This document shows, piece after piece, positions 38,681 to 48,447 of a stretch of 64,000 nucleotides of DNA. A model generated the notes under the pieces. The model saw nothing but the letters and a program-made list of their open reading frames with translations. It made no database searches and was not told the DNA's origin. This DNA comes from Thermoplasmata archaeon (lineage in GTDB: Archaea > Thermoplasmatota > Thermoplasmata > UBA10834). The stretch's first letter is position 1. Every line of letters starts with the position of its first letter. The stretch covers positions 1,902 to 65,901 of the forward strand of contig JAEHCN010000001.1 of the NCBI GenBank assembly GCA_020696395.1, given 5' to 3'. The position numbers and the translations under genes were made by a program.

Positions 38681-39115
38681 ATGTCGAGTTCGAAAGGGAA
38701 CTTCGGGTTGGTTTTCGACCCGAAGAAGTGCAATGGATGTCGCGAATGCGAGAAGGCCTGCATCGCCTCGAAGAAATCGAGTGTCGCTGCAGGGAAGACC
38801 AGAATGAAAATCCTTGAGGATGGGGACAAGTTCAAGGCGGTCGTGTGTGTGCATTGCGAACAGTGCGAGCCTGCGGACGTCTGCCCGTCAGCGCTGCTCG
38901 AATTCCACGACGATGGGAAGTACTGGACTCTTGACGAACACAGATGTTTCGCATGCATGGCATGCATCCCGCGCTGCCCCTACGAAGCGATATTCTTCGA
39001 GGAGGAGTTCGGGGTGGAGACTGCGTACATGTGCGACTTGTGCGGCGGCGACCCCAAGTGTCTGAAGGCGTGTCCTGAGGGTGCACTCACCCTCAATCAG
39101 ACCCGGGGGAAGTAG
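38681..39115 (+). CDS. 4Fe-4S dicluster ferredoxin-like protein
   Basis: CNGCREC...C, CVHC..C....VCP, CFACMAC...CP, CDLC...P.C...CP. Confidence 0.9.
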   Translation: MSSSKGNFGLVFDPKKCNGCRECEKACIASKKSSVAAGKTRMKILEDGDKFKAVVCVHCEQCEPADVCPSALLEFHDDGKYWTLDEHRCFACMACIPRCPYEAIFFEEEFGVETAYMCDLCGGDPKCLKACPEGALTLNQTRGK

Positions 39116-39117
39116 GA

Positions 39118-40617
39118 ATGAGTGAAATGGTCGATAACGAAGCTGTGAGCGAGACGGTGAAAGGGCCGAAGACCGGAAAGGTCGACGGGAAAGAGAAGCC
39201 GATGATAGCCTCCGAGGAGGACTTCCCTCTTCCGGATTGGGTCGCCGACTGGGCGAGAGAGGCGCCGAAACTGGTCGTCAGGGCTCCGGGGCCGAAGAGC
39301 AAGGCCATAATCAAGATTGACAGGGAGTATGTCTCCTACGCATACGACAGATGCTTCACGTTCACCTTCGAGAAGGCTTCCGGAGCCTCCGTGATGGACG
39401 CTGACGGGAACGTTCTGCTCGACTTCACATCGGGCATAGGCGTGGAGAACGCCGGGTGGACCCATCCGCGTGTGGTCAAGGCCATCCAGGATCAGGCTGG
39501 GAAGCTCATCCACTCCATGGCGAACGACGCCTACTTCGACAAAGAGGCGTACTTCGCGAAGCTGCTCCACGAGATATCGCCAGGCAAGGCTCTGAAGGGC
39601 ACGTTCTTCGGCAATAGCGGTGGGGAAGCGGTCGAGGCGGCGTTCAAGCTCTCGCGTTACTACACGAAGAGGAGCGAGCACGTGGCATTCTTCGGCTCGT
39701 ACCACGGTAGGGTGGGAGCCGGACTCTCGCTGACCAGCAAGCTGAAGCTTAGGTACAGTTACGGTCCACTGATTCCCGGAATCGTGTTCACTCCGTATGC
39801 CTATTGCTACAGATGCCCGTTCAAGCAGACGTACCCAGAATGCGGCCTCTGGTGCATGGACTACCTGGAGAAGCAGGTTCTCGAGATGGGCGGACCGACA
39901 GGTCCGATATCCTCGATTGTAGTCGAGCCCATCCAGGGCGAGGGCGGGTATGTCGTGCCCCCGAAGGAGTTCCTGCCCGGGCTCAAGAGGATCTGCGAAT
40001 CCCAGAATGCGCTTCTGATCATGGACGAAGTGCAGACAGGGTTCGCACGGACGGGAAAGATGTTCGCATGCGAGCATTTCGACGTCATCCCGGACATACT
40101 GGTCATGGGCAAGGCCCTCGGCGGAGGAGTCCCGCTCGGCGCGATAATCGCGAAGAACGAGATCATGAAGAAGTGGCGCCCTGGCTCACACTCGTCTACG
40201 TTCGGCGGGAATGCCATTACGATGGCAGCCGGTTTGGCGCATGTTCAGGCCATTGTTGAGGAGAATCTCTGTGACAGGGCGGCGAAGCTCGGTAATCACA
40301 CCACGAAGCTGTTGAGGGAGATGATGGAGCGCAGGGAGATCATCGGAGACGTTCGCGGGAAGGGTCTGATGATCGGTGTGGAGCTGGTCAAGAACCAGTA
40401 CACCAAGGAGCCCCACGAGGCGACCACCGTCCAGGGCAAGTGCTGGAGGGGAGGTCTGATGACGATTACGTCCGGCATCTACGGCAACGTGTTCAGGATC
40501 GCCCCGCCGCTTTGCATGTCCAAGGCCCAGATCGAGAAGAGCCTGGAAATATTCGAGAAATCGCTCAAGGACGAGGAGGAGTTCCTCAAGATCGGGACAT
40601 CCTCGGCGCCAGGTTGA
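39118..40617 (+). CDS. Class III PLP omega-aminotransferase (GABA/ornithine/lysine aminotransferase-like)
   Basis: D.DGN...DF.SGI, NSGGEAVEAA.K, YHGR, EPIQGEGG, DEVQTGFARTG, catalytic K in GKALGGG, STFGGN, VRGKGLM. Confidence 0.92.
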   Translation: MSEMVDNEAVSETVKGPKTGKVDGKEKPMIASEEDFPLPDWVADWAREAPKLVVRAPGPKSKAIIKIDREYVSYAYDRCFTFTFEKASGASVMDADGNVLLDFTSGIGVENAGWTHPRVVKAIQDQAGKLIHSMANDAYFDKEAYFAKLLHEISPGKALKGTFFGNSGGEAVEAAFKLSRYYTKRSEHVAFFGSYHGRVGAGLSLTSKLKLRYSYGPLIPGIVFTPYAYCYRCPFKQTYPECGLWCMDYLEKQVLEMGGPTGPISSIVVEPIQGEGGYVVPPKEFLPGLKRICESQNALLIMDEVQTGFARTGKMFACEHFDVIPDILVMGKALGGGVPLGAIIAKNEIMKKWRPGSHSSTFGGNAITMAAGLAHVQAIVEENLCDRAAKLGNHTTKLLREMMERREIIGDVRGKGLMIGVELVKNQYTKEPHEATTVQGKCWRGGLMTITSGIYGNVFRIAPPLCMSKAQIEKSLEIFEKSLKDEEEFLKIGTSSAPG

Positions 40618-40692
40618 CACCTGAAGGTTGACGGCCTGGACCCCGTAGTTCGGTGAGAGTTCAATCTGTGTGGTCAATACTGGCAGCATAAA

Positions 40693-40730
40693 CACCGTCC
40701 AGCTTGAGGTGTTTCGCATCGCTTTTCCCG
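40693..40730 (+). terminator. Probable terminator hairpin after aminotransferase
   Basis: AAACACC-N11-GGTGTTT followed by CTTTTCCC. Confidence 0.35.
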
Positions 40731-40772
40731 TCTGTCCTCCAAACCCTTATTCGGCGCACTCACCGCAGGCAC

Positions 40773-41312
40773 TCATCCGTCGAAGGATCTCCTGCCGACA
40801 GCGACAAGGATCAGACCGATGAGGCCGACAACGGCGCCGACCGCGAACCCTAGGCCGAGGATCGAGAATATCCCGCCCACGACTGCGAGGGCGAAGTGCT
40901 TCCGGACTATCGCGAACACGCCCCCAAGGACCGCGATCACACCGAAGACAATTACTATGGCGCCGCAAGTGAAGAGTATGTCATCCAGATCGCTGAGCGA
41001 CATATCCAACTCGGCGGGGTCCACCCAGTCCTCGATGTCCTGAGCGTCGAGCGCCATGAACGCCACGCCCATGCCCAGGGCTGCGAGTCCCGCGATGATT
41101 ATGAGCACGCCGCCGATCACCGGCAGTATGCTTCTCTCCTTCTGCGGCGCAGCCTGTCCAGGCTGCGCCATTCTGTAGTCGTGCCCGCAGTACGGGCAGA
41201 CGTTTGAATTCCAGTTTATCGCGCGTCCACACGAGACGCACTGTCTCGTTGTAGGCGCGTCAGGCTGCTGTTGCCCTCCTGCGACGGCCGGATCAGATAC
41301 GGATTCTCCCAC
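40773..41312 (-). CDS. Zinc-ribbon membrane protein (about 3 TM)
   Basis: CVSCG...CPYCG then hydrophobic helices; GTG start after GAGGTGG. Confidence 0.8.
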   Translation of the reverse strand: MGESVSDPAVAGGQQQPDAPTTRQCVSCGRAINWNSNVCPYCGHDYRMAQPGQAAPQKERSILPVIGGVLIIIAGLAALGMGVAFMALDAQDIEDWVDPAELDMSLSDLDDILFTCGAIVIVFGVIAVLGGVFAIVRKHFALAVVGGIFSILGLGFAVGAVVGLIGLILVAVGRRSFDG

Positions 41313-41723
41313 GACACCACCTCTCATAGCTCCGAGGAGAATCGCCCCGGAACTGTCTAACATTGTCTTGAGACTATTTCACTGTTGTCCGTGATCGATC
41401 GGCACCGCCTGACCATCGACGGGCTCGCGGGGTCGACGGTCCTCTCGGAGCACGAATATGATGTGTGCCAAGTAGGAGCGAGCACCCAAAGGACTCCGCA
41501 GAGAGTTTTGGCGTCCCTTCACATTCCACACCCTGAGGCCCTCCTTTGGCAGGAACCTCTTGTTATTTGGAGTTCCTTTGGAGACATTATCAGAGACCGT
41601 CTGATAGTCGCCAGACCGGAAAATTATGACTCCGTCCTTTTTGTAGAAGAGAATGATGTCGCCTTCCGTCCATATGGCCTTCTCTGAGGGCAAGCAATTT
41701 ATACAGCCAATCCATTGGGCGCG

Positions 41724-41951
41724 ATGATGGCAGAAGATGTGGATTCCGAATTCCAACGAAAGGCAGCGTTTGCCTTCTTCTCGCTTCTGCTTGTTGCGGG
41801 CATACTCGTCTACTGGGGCTGGGGTCTCATCTACGGAACATGGTACCCGTTCGACAGGGGTAACATCGGAATATACACGATCTACACCCCGTTGATCGCC
41901 TTCGGCATCATCGGAATGGTACTATTCCGGAAGAAGAGGACAGCCACGTAG
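41724..41951 (+). CDS. Small 2-TM membrane protein
   Basis: Two hydrophobic helices, Y..WG..YGTW, basic C-terminus; TTTATA box at 41698-41703. Confidence 0.7.
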   Translation: MMAEDVDSEFQRKAAFAFFSLLLVAGILVYWGWGLIYGTWYPFDRGNIGIYTIYTPLIAFGIIGMVLFRKKRTAT

Positions 41952-42005
41952 GAACCGTTTCTCAGCTCTCCTGCCAGGCTGACAATCCTTTGGGTGACCC
42001 TGTAC

Positions 42006-43403
42006 TCACATCGCTCGGGCTACGTAGATCGAAGTACGCGTAGGCTTCCCACAGACGACACAAGCTCCATCGAACCCCTCGTCTTCGATTGGCATGCCTA
42101 TTATGTTCCGGTCAGTACGGTTCTCGATCGAGTGGCCGCAGTCCTCGCCGCCACACCATCCGGTTCTGATGAACTTCTCGGGCAGATTGTCCAAGGATTC
42201 GACGGTGATGGTATCCGCATCCATGGTCTTCTGGGCCATCTGGAGCATGTCATCGGCGATCTTGGCAAGCGTCCCACTTGCCTCGTCCGCGACGCGTCCC
42301 CGCTCTACGAGGGTCTTCTCGCCATTGTCTCTCCTGGCGAAGGTCACGACACCCTTCTCGATGTCCTTGGGGCCGAGCTCGAGTCTCAGAGGAACACCCT
42401 TCAGCTCCCAATCGTAGTACTTCGCTCCTGGCCTGACATCTCTGTCGTCAAGGTGAACCCGCAGCCCCGAGCTCTTGAGTTCATCGTACAGCTTCTCCGC
42501 CTCTGCGGTCACGGCATCAGCAGCGCCCTTCGCAAGAACTGGTATGATCACTATTTGGATGGTCGCTACATCAGGCGGGAGCACGATCCCCTTGTCATCT
42601 CCGTGTATGGCCACGATTGCTCCGACCAGCCTCTCACTCATGCCAAAGGTCGTCTGATGGGCGTACTTATGTTCCCCGTTGTCGTCCTCGTACTTGATGT
42701 CGTAGGGTCGCGAGAAATTCTCCTTGTACTGGTGTATCGACCCCAGCTGGAGCGTTCTACCGTTCGGCAGGACGGTGTCGATACCTACCGTGTAATCCGC
42801 TCCCGGGAACTTGTCCCAGTCCGTGCGCTTGAGTAGCTTGTTGGGGATGCACCATTTCTTGGCAAGCCGTTCGAGGATCTCGTAGTCCTCCCTGATCTGT
42901 CTCTCCGCATCATCGAAGTCAGCGTGACACGTGTGCGACTCGAAGAAGTGGATTTCCCGCACCCTGATGAACGCCCTCGTCTGCTTCGTCTCATATCTGA
43001 AAGTGTTCACTATCTGGTAGGTCTTGAGTGGAAGGTCAGCATGGGACCGGACCCACAGGGCGAACATGGGATACATGGCCGTCTCGCTCGTCGGCCTCAG
43101 GAGTAACTTCACGTCTAGCGGGTTCAATCCAGCATGTGTGACCCAGAACACCTCGGCGTCGAATCCCTTGATGTGCTCCTTCTCCTTGGCGAATTGGTCT
43201 TCCGGTATGAGGAGGGGGAAGCACACCTCATCGTGGTCCGTGGCGTCGAACTCCTGGCGTATGTGTGTGTCGACCGCCCGCATGATCTTCCAGCCATAGG
43301 GCGTCCACACGTTCATCCCCTTGATCGGGTAACGCTTGTCGGTCAGGTTCGCCCTTTCGACGATTTCGTTGTACCATTCGCTGAAATCTTCGGCCTTCTT
43401 CAT
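42006..43403 (-). CDS. proS: Proline--tRNA ligase (archaeal/eukaryotic type)
   Basis: FSEWY, RPTSET, DLPLK, FRYE..TR.FIRVRE, C-terminal zinc domain. Confidence 0.97.
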   Translation of the reverse strand: MKKAEDFSEWYNEIVERANLTDKRYPIKGMNVWTPYGWKIMRAVDTHIRQEFDATDHDEVCFPLLIPEDQFAKEKEHIKGFDAEVFWVTHAGLNPLDVKLLLRPTSETAMYPMFALWVRSHADLPLKTYQIVNTFRYETKQTRAFIRVREIHFFESHTCHADFDDAERQIREDYEILERLAKKWCIPNKLLKRTDWDKFPGADYTVGIDTVLPNGRTLQLGSIHQYKENFSRPYDIKYEDDNGEHKYAHQTTFGMSERLVGAIVAIHGDDKGIVLPPDVATIQIVIIPVLAKGAADAVTAEAEKLYDELKSSGLRVHLDDRDVRPGAKYYDWELKGVPLRLELGPKDIEKGVVTFARRDNGEKTLVERGRVADEASGTLAKIADDMLQMAQKTMDADTITVESLDNLPEKFIRTGWCGGEDCGHSIENRTDRNIIGMPIEDEGFDGACVVCGKPTRTSIYVARAM

Positions 43404-43452
43404 GACAGTTCCGAGAATCCGGGGGAGGCTTATGTAGCTTTTGGTGGGGCCT

Positions 43453-44307
43453 TCATTCCCTTATGGCCCTGGCAACCTGAGGAGCGACCGTGATCGCCGT
43501 GGTGGAGCTCTCGATGGTGTCCGTGGAGAACACCTCGTCGCACGCTTCTCTGAGGCGAGGAATCGCGTCTGATGAGAAGACGCCATGCGTGCATACTGCT
43601 ATGATCTTGGTGGCGCCCTGCTGCCTGAGCTGTTCGGAGGCCTTGACGATGGTTCCGCCCGTGGATATGATGTCGTCGACTATCGCGACCGTCTTACCGC
43701 TGGCGTCAAGTGATTTGGGCGCCATCTTGACGGTCGCCCCATCGAGCCGTTCCTTCACGAGGAAGTCCGCCTCGCATCCTGCGACGCTAGCCACCATCTT
43801 CGCATTGTCCCGTCTCCCCTCATCGGGTGACAGGACCAGTTCGACGCCCTCTCGCTTGAGGAACGCGCCTACTTCGGGGTGGGCCGAGACGTTCTTCGCA
43901 GGTATGCGGTCGAACCATGCGACCACGCTGGGAGCGTGGACATCGACTGTAACGAACGCGTCGGACTGGGGCTGGATGATTCGTGCTAGCATCCGCGCGC
44001 TCACCGGCTCGCCACTCTTGAATTTCTTGTCCTGACGAGCGTATCCGAAGTAAGGTACGACCGTGGTCACTGAGGACACGTCGAACTCCCGTACCGCATC
44101 CTGCAGGAGCAGGAGCTCGACGATGTTCCTGTCCGGCCACGCGGTCTGGACGATAGCGACATCCAGCCCGTCCAGGTCGGCACCGACCCTGACGTAGCAT
44201 TCGTCATCAGGGAACCTCTTCACCTCTACTTCCACAAGTTCCGCCCCGAGGTTCTTCGCCAATTCCCCCGCGAGCCTTCCTGATGCTGAGCCCCCGACGA
44301 TGTGCAT
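43453..44307 (-). CDS. prs: Ribose-phosphate diphosphokinase
   Basis: KRFPDDE, PYFGYARQDK, VDVH, SPDEG, VDDIISTGGT; start 44307 (alternative 44331). Confidence 0.95.
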   Translation of the reverse strand: MHIVGGSASGRLAGELAKNLGAELVEVEVKRFPDDECYVRVGADLDGLDVAIVQTAWPDRNIVELLLLQDAVREFDVSSVTTVVPYFGYARQDKKFKSGEPVSARMLARIIQPQSDAFVTVDVHAPSVVAWFDRIPAKNVSAHPEVGAFLKREGVELVLSPDEGRRDNAKMVASVAGCEADFLVKERLDGATVKMAPKSLDASGKTVAIVDDIISTGGTIVKASEQLRQQGATKIIAVCTHGVFSSDAIPRLREACDEVFSTDTIESSTTAITVAPQVARAIRE

Positions 44308-44423
44308 TGTATCGGTCGCGGACAACGTCATCCGTTCTCATATAACTTGACGCCACCGAGGCCCTGGAACGTTTTACGAAAGCATTAATAGAAGAAATCG
44401 TCATATTGGCAAATTGAGATGGG

Positions 44424-46028
44424 ATGCATTTGAACGAGAGCACTGACCAGTTGGACCCATCAACGGGCGAAACCGGCGCTTCATTCCCCGAATGTGTGGA
44501 TGAGACCCATGACGAGCATGCTCCCAAGCCACGCTCCCGCCACGCGCACAAAGCAGACGACCCCGACGGACTCACTCAGGTGGGCGTGATTTACGGCAAT
44601 GTCGGCACTCTCAAGTTCAACATCGTAGTGACCGCTCCCCTGGAGAAGATGGAGTTTGTCCAGGTGCGTCACGGCTTGCACGGGTTCGTTCTCGGGCAGG
44701 TGTCCGAGATCGAGCGGCGCACCAACCTGACGACGGACGGGGTCAAGTCGATGAAACACGGAACCCCCGTCGAGATCGAGGAGAAGGAGATCGCAACGGT
44801 GTCAATCGTGGGCTATCGGGATGACAGGAATCTTCTCCAGGCTCCCCGAACTCCGTTGTGCGCGGGTGAGAGCGCGTTCCGCGCGCAGGAGTCCCTGATA
44901 AAAAGCGTCGTCGGCATCCAGGAGCACACCGAATCCGGTGCTTACATAGGCCTTCTGTCAGGACACGACGTCCGCGTGGAGCTCGACATCAACTTACTCG
45001 TGCAGAAGCACGTGTGCATCCTCAGCAAGACCGGCGGCGGGAAATCGTACTGTTCCGGCGCACTCATAGAGGAGATGATGAAGCACAATGTCACCGTTTG
45101 CGTGCTCGACCCTCACGGCGAGTACTCGACGATGCGGAAGCGAGGGACGGTCAAGAAGACGAACAGGGACTTCGGCGTGAAGCCGAAGGGATACGAGGAC
45201 AAGATAGCGGAGTTCGCAACGGACACGAACCTGAACAAGCATGCCAAACCTCTGAAATTCACGCTGCACAACCTGGATGCGAGGGAGCTCCTCGGTCTCA
45301 CGAACATCAAGAACGTGAGGTCGTACCTGACGATGCTCAGGAAGGCGGTCGACGTCCTCAGAGACACTAAGAAGAGTTACTCGATAGCCGATATCGTGGC
45401 CGTCCTCGAAGCAAACGACGAGCAGTCAAGCGGGGTCCTGATAAGCGAGTTGGAGTACCTGAACGAGATAGATGTCTTCGCGGAGCAGGGGACGAAGATC
45501 GACGAGCTCATCAAGAAGGGCAAGACCACGATCATCAACCTGAGGGGCACACCGCCCGACATGCAGGAACTCATAGTCAACAGGATTGGCAACGCGCTCT
45601 TCGAACTTCGTAAGGTCGGGAAGATACCCCCGTTGATGTTGGTCGTCGAGGAGGCTCACAACTTCTGTCCGCAACAGGGGCAAGTGGCGTGCTCCAAGGC
45701 GTTCAGGACCATCGCGTCCGAGGGCAGGAAGTTCGGTCTGGGACTCATGGTGATATCCCAGAGGCCGGCGAAGGTGGACAAGAACGTGCTGAGCCAGTGC
45801 AACACCCAGATCATACTCAAGGTGAACAACCCGAACGATCTCAAGGCGATCGCAGCCTCGATTGAGGGATTGACAGAGGGTATGGAGGACGAGATCCAGC
45901 GGCTGCCCATCGGAACCGCCATCGTCACCGGCGGTGGCGTGTCAATGCCGCTCTTCGTGGACATTCGTCCCAGGGAGTCACTCCACGGAGGCGAGAGCGT
46001 GGAGATCATCCCGTCCAGAAGGGTGTAG
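44424..46028 (+). CDS. HerA/DUF87-family FtsK-like ATPase with HAS-barrel
   Basis: N-terminal beta-barrel, KTGGGKS, DPHGEY, EEAHNF, EGRKFG, SQRPAKVDK..LSQC. Confidence 0.9.
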   Translation: MHLNESTDQLDPSTGETGASFPECVDETHDEHAPKPRSRHAHKADDPDGLTQVGVIYGNVGTLKFNIVVTAPLEKMEFVQVRHGLHGFVLGQVSEIERRTNLTTDGVKSMKHGTPVEIEEKEIATVSIVGYRDDRNLLQAPRTPLCAGESAFRAQESLIKSVVGIQEHTESGAYIGLLSGHDVRVELDINLLVQKHVCILSKTGGGKSYCSGALIEEMMKHNVTVCVLDPHGEYSTMRKRGTVKKTNRDFGVKPKGYEDKIAEFATDTNLNKHAKPLKFTLHNLDARELLGLTNIKNVRSYLTMLRKAVDVLRDTKKSYSIADIVAVLEANDEQSSGVLISELEYLNEIDVFAEQGTKIDELIKKGKTTIINLRGTPPDMQELIVNRIGNALFELRKVGKIPPLMLVVEEAHNFCPQQGQVACSKAFRTIASEGRKFGLGLMVISQRPAKVDKNVLSQCNTQIILKVNNPNDLKAIAASIEGLTEGMEDEIQRLPIGTAIVTGGGVSMPLFVDIRPRESLHGGESVEIIPSRRV

Positions 46029-46033
46029 GTGCG

Positions 46034-46336
46034 ATGACGGGCGACGGTGAAACGATAACTATCGAACGCGTCGAGAAGTACATCACGCTCACATCGAACG
46101 CACTGGCCAAACTGCGGGTGGCCGCACCCGACCGGTCTTTCAACAAGAAGCTAGCTGAGGATTTTCTCACGATGGCGAGGTCGTACTTCGAGGACGCTAA
46201 GGGGTTCGCCCGTGAGGGCGACCTGACTAAGGCGTTCGCGTGCGTGAACTATGCGCACGGATGGTTGGACAGCGGTGCGAGGATCGGTCTCTTCGACGTG
46301 GGTGGCGACGACCAGCTCTTCACTCTCTACGAATGA
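46034..46336 (+). CDS. DUF357 protein
   Basis: MARSYFEDA..F, AFACVNYAHGWLD.GAR.GLF. Confidence 0.88.
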   Translation: MTGDGETITIERVEKYITLTSNALAKLRVAAPDRSFNKKLAEDFLTMARSYFEDAKGFAREGDLTKAFACVNYAHGWLDSGARIGLFDVGGDDQLFTLYE

Positions 46337-46350
46337 TCCTGTGACGCTTC

Positions 46351-47223
46351 TCATGCCTGATTGGGCAGAACCCTGGCACCTGCGATGTCGACGCCACACG
46401 ATCGGGCCTCCCCGAACGCGCTGAGGATATCGGCCAATTCCGCGGTCCGTCCTATTGCGAAGACGGAATTGCCGAGCATGACCATGCTGGCAGCTCCAGC
46501 GGCGGATGCTGCGTCCATGGCTGTGGCCACCTGCTCGGAGGCAAGATCGGTCTCCAACGCGAACGACGACGCCAATCGCATGAAATCGTCCACCGTCGGT
46601 CGGCCGAGCAGTCGGGAAACCCTCTCCGCGCCGGCTCGGTTGATGCGCTGTGTCAGCTCGATATCCTTGAGCACCTCCGAGGTCTTGATGGGCGACCCGA
46701 CCACCGCAAGGACGACTTCTGGCGCCCCCTCGATACGGTGGACTCTGCCCTTCGGCGGGAGACCAGGTGATGCGCGTATCGTGACGCCCGCGCGATGGAC
46801 CGCAGGAACATCTCCTAGTCCTGCGCCACACTCTATCTCAGCGACATGCGCCGCCTCGAAAGCATTCTGACGGGCGATTCCGAGGATGTGCGAGGCTGCG
46901 ATACATGCGGAGAGCGCCCCCGCCGCGCTCATACCGAAGCCTTGGCTCTCAGGAAGGTCGAGCTCAGTGGCCACATCGACATGGAGCGGCTCCTCACCGA
47001 GCAGATGCTCGAGAGCAGCTCGTGTGACTTCGGCCTCTCGGGGTTCGCCGTCGATTTCGACCTTGATCTTGAGATGATCGGACCTCTCTATGGTCACGTC
47101 GGAGAGTGCGCCCAACGACGTGCAGAGCCCACCACCTCTTGAGCCGCTTGCCAGCAGGTCTTCTGCCATGCATACCTCGAAGAATCCCGTGATGTGCCCC
47201 GGGCAGAACGCCCTGGCTCTCAT
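46351..47223 (-). CDS. Pantoate kinase (GHMP family)
   Basis: PGHITGFF, GSRG.G, P..QGFG.SAA, AH.AE....GLGDV; adjacent to coaBC. Confidence 0.9.
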   Translation of the reverse strand: MRARAFCPGHITGFFEVCMAEDLLASGSRGGGLCTSLGALSDVTIERSDHLKIKVEIDGEPREAEVTRAALEHLLGEEPLHVDVATELDLPESQGFGMSAAGALSACIAASHILGIARQNAFEAAHVAEIECGAGLGDVPAVHRAGVTIRASPGLPPKGRVHRIEGAPEVVLAVVGSPIKTSEVLKDIELTQRINRAGAERVSRLLGRPTVDDFMRLASSFALETDLASEQVATAMDAASAAGAASMVMLGNSVFAIGRTAELADILSAFGEARSCGVDIAGARVLPNQA

Positions 47224-48419
47224 CTAACCATCCTCGCAGCTCTGTCGAGGATCTTCTCCGCCACTTCCGCCTTCGTGCCCTTGAGCTCCTCAGGCGCGCC
47301 TTTGCTATCGACGAGCAGCACCCTCGTCTTTCCAGCGGCGACATCCTCCACGAGGTTCGCCACGACGAAGGAACATTTCGACCGTTCCATCAGGGCCACC
47401 GATTCTGAGACTAGTCTGTCGTCATCCACGTGCGACTGAGCCTTGAAACCGACGACGACCTTCGCCTTGATGCCGTCGATGATCTTCGGATTCCTCTTCA
47501 GGGTCAGTGTCATGAGCGGCTCGGACGACGATACCTTGCCCTCCACCTTCTCGGGAGTGTAATCCGACACTGCAGCGGGGAAGAGCACGATGTCCCATGT
47601 CTGTTCCTCAGCGGCGACCATGCCGTGTAGGTCCTTGGTCGTTCGGAACCGCCTGGATGATATGTGTGACGGAACGGCGGCGTCCGACCTGCCTGTCCAG
47701 AGTTCCGTTCCCGCTCCTCTGTGAAAGGCCGCCTTGGCGATCTCGACGCCGGTCTCGCCGGAGCTCCTGTTGGTCAGCATCCTGATGTCATCGACGGGCT
47801 CCTCCGTCGCTCCGGAGATCACCAGGACTCTCAGTCCTTTGAGGTCCCTCCTTCCGAGGCGTGATATCACGGTGGAGACGATGTGGCTCATTTCCGGCAT
47901 CTTGGCCTTCGACTCCTCCATCCTGGGCTCGAGAACCGTCACTCCCATGCCTTTCAGACGCTCGATGTTCTCGAGGACTGCGGAGTTTCTGATCATGCTC
48001 CCATGCATGGCGGGCACGATCATGACTGGCATGTCACTCCCCAGCGCCGTCGTCGCGAAGGTCGTGACCGGGGTATCGTCGATCCCGCAGGCGACCTTGG
48101 ACAGCGTGTTGGCGGTACAAGGGGCTATCAGGAACAGGTCGGCTCGGTCGGGCACATCCCCGCAGAGCGCCACGTGTTGAACTCTTCCGTCGATGTTCGT
48201 GGTCACCGGGGATCCAGAGGCGAACTCGAGTGCATTTGGGTGGATGATATTCTGCGCTTCCTGAGACACGACCACATGTACCTCGGCACCATGCCTGGTC
48301 AGCTCCCTGCAGAGCCTGACCGAGTCGACGGCCGCAATGCTACCCGTCACGCCAAGTACGACTCGTCTTCCCCTCAGCTCGTCTCCCTTGGTGCCTCTCA
48401 GATGGTCCGCTGGATGCAT
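47220..48419 (-). CDS. coaBC: Phosphopantothenoylcysteine decarboxylase/synthetase
   Basis: GVTGSIAA, APCTANT.SK, PAMH.SM, T.E..D..R...NRSSG, AAVSDY, VGFKA. Confidence 0.95.
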   Translation of the reverse strand: MHPADHLRGTKGDELRGRRVVLGVTGSIAAVDSVRLCRELTRHGAEVHVVVSQEAQNIIHPNALEFASGSPVTTNIDGRVQHVALCGDVPDRADLFLIAPCTANTLSKVACGIDDTPVTTFATTALGSDMPVMIVPAMHGSMIRNSAVLENIERLKGMGVTVLEPRMEESKAKMPEMSHIVSTVISRLGRRDLKGLRVLVISGATEEPVDDIRMLTNRSSGETGVEIAKAAFHRGAGTELWTGRSDAAVPSHISSRRFRTTKDLHGMVAAEEQTWDIVLFPAAVSDYTPEKVEGKVSSSEPLMTLTLKRNPKIIDGIKAKVVVGFKAQSHVDDDRLVSESVALMERSKCSFVVANLVEDVAAGKTRVLLVDSKGAPEELKGTKAEVAEKILDRAARMVR

Positions 48420-48447
48420 TCAACCAAGTTCGAGTCATCTCTCTGTA

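Noticed and set aside
39118..40617. PLP-dependent amino-acid racemase assignment
   Set aside because: Has EPIQGE rather than the EPIQGD catalytic Asp recalled for the racemase/epimerase subgroup
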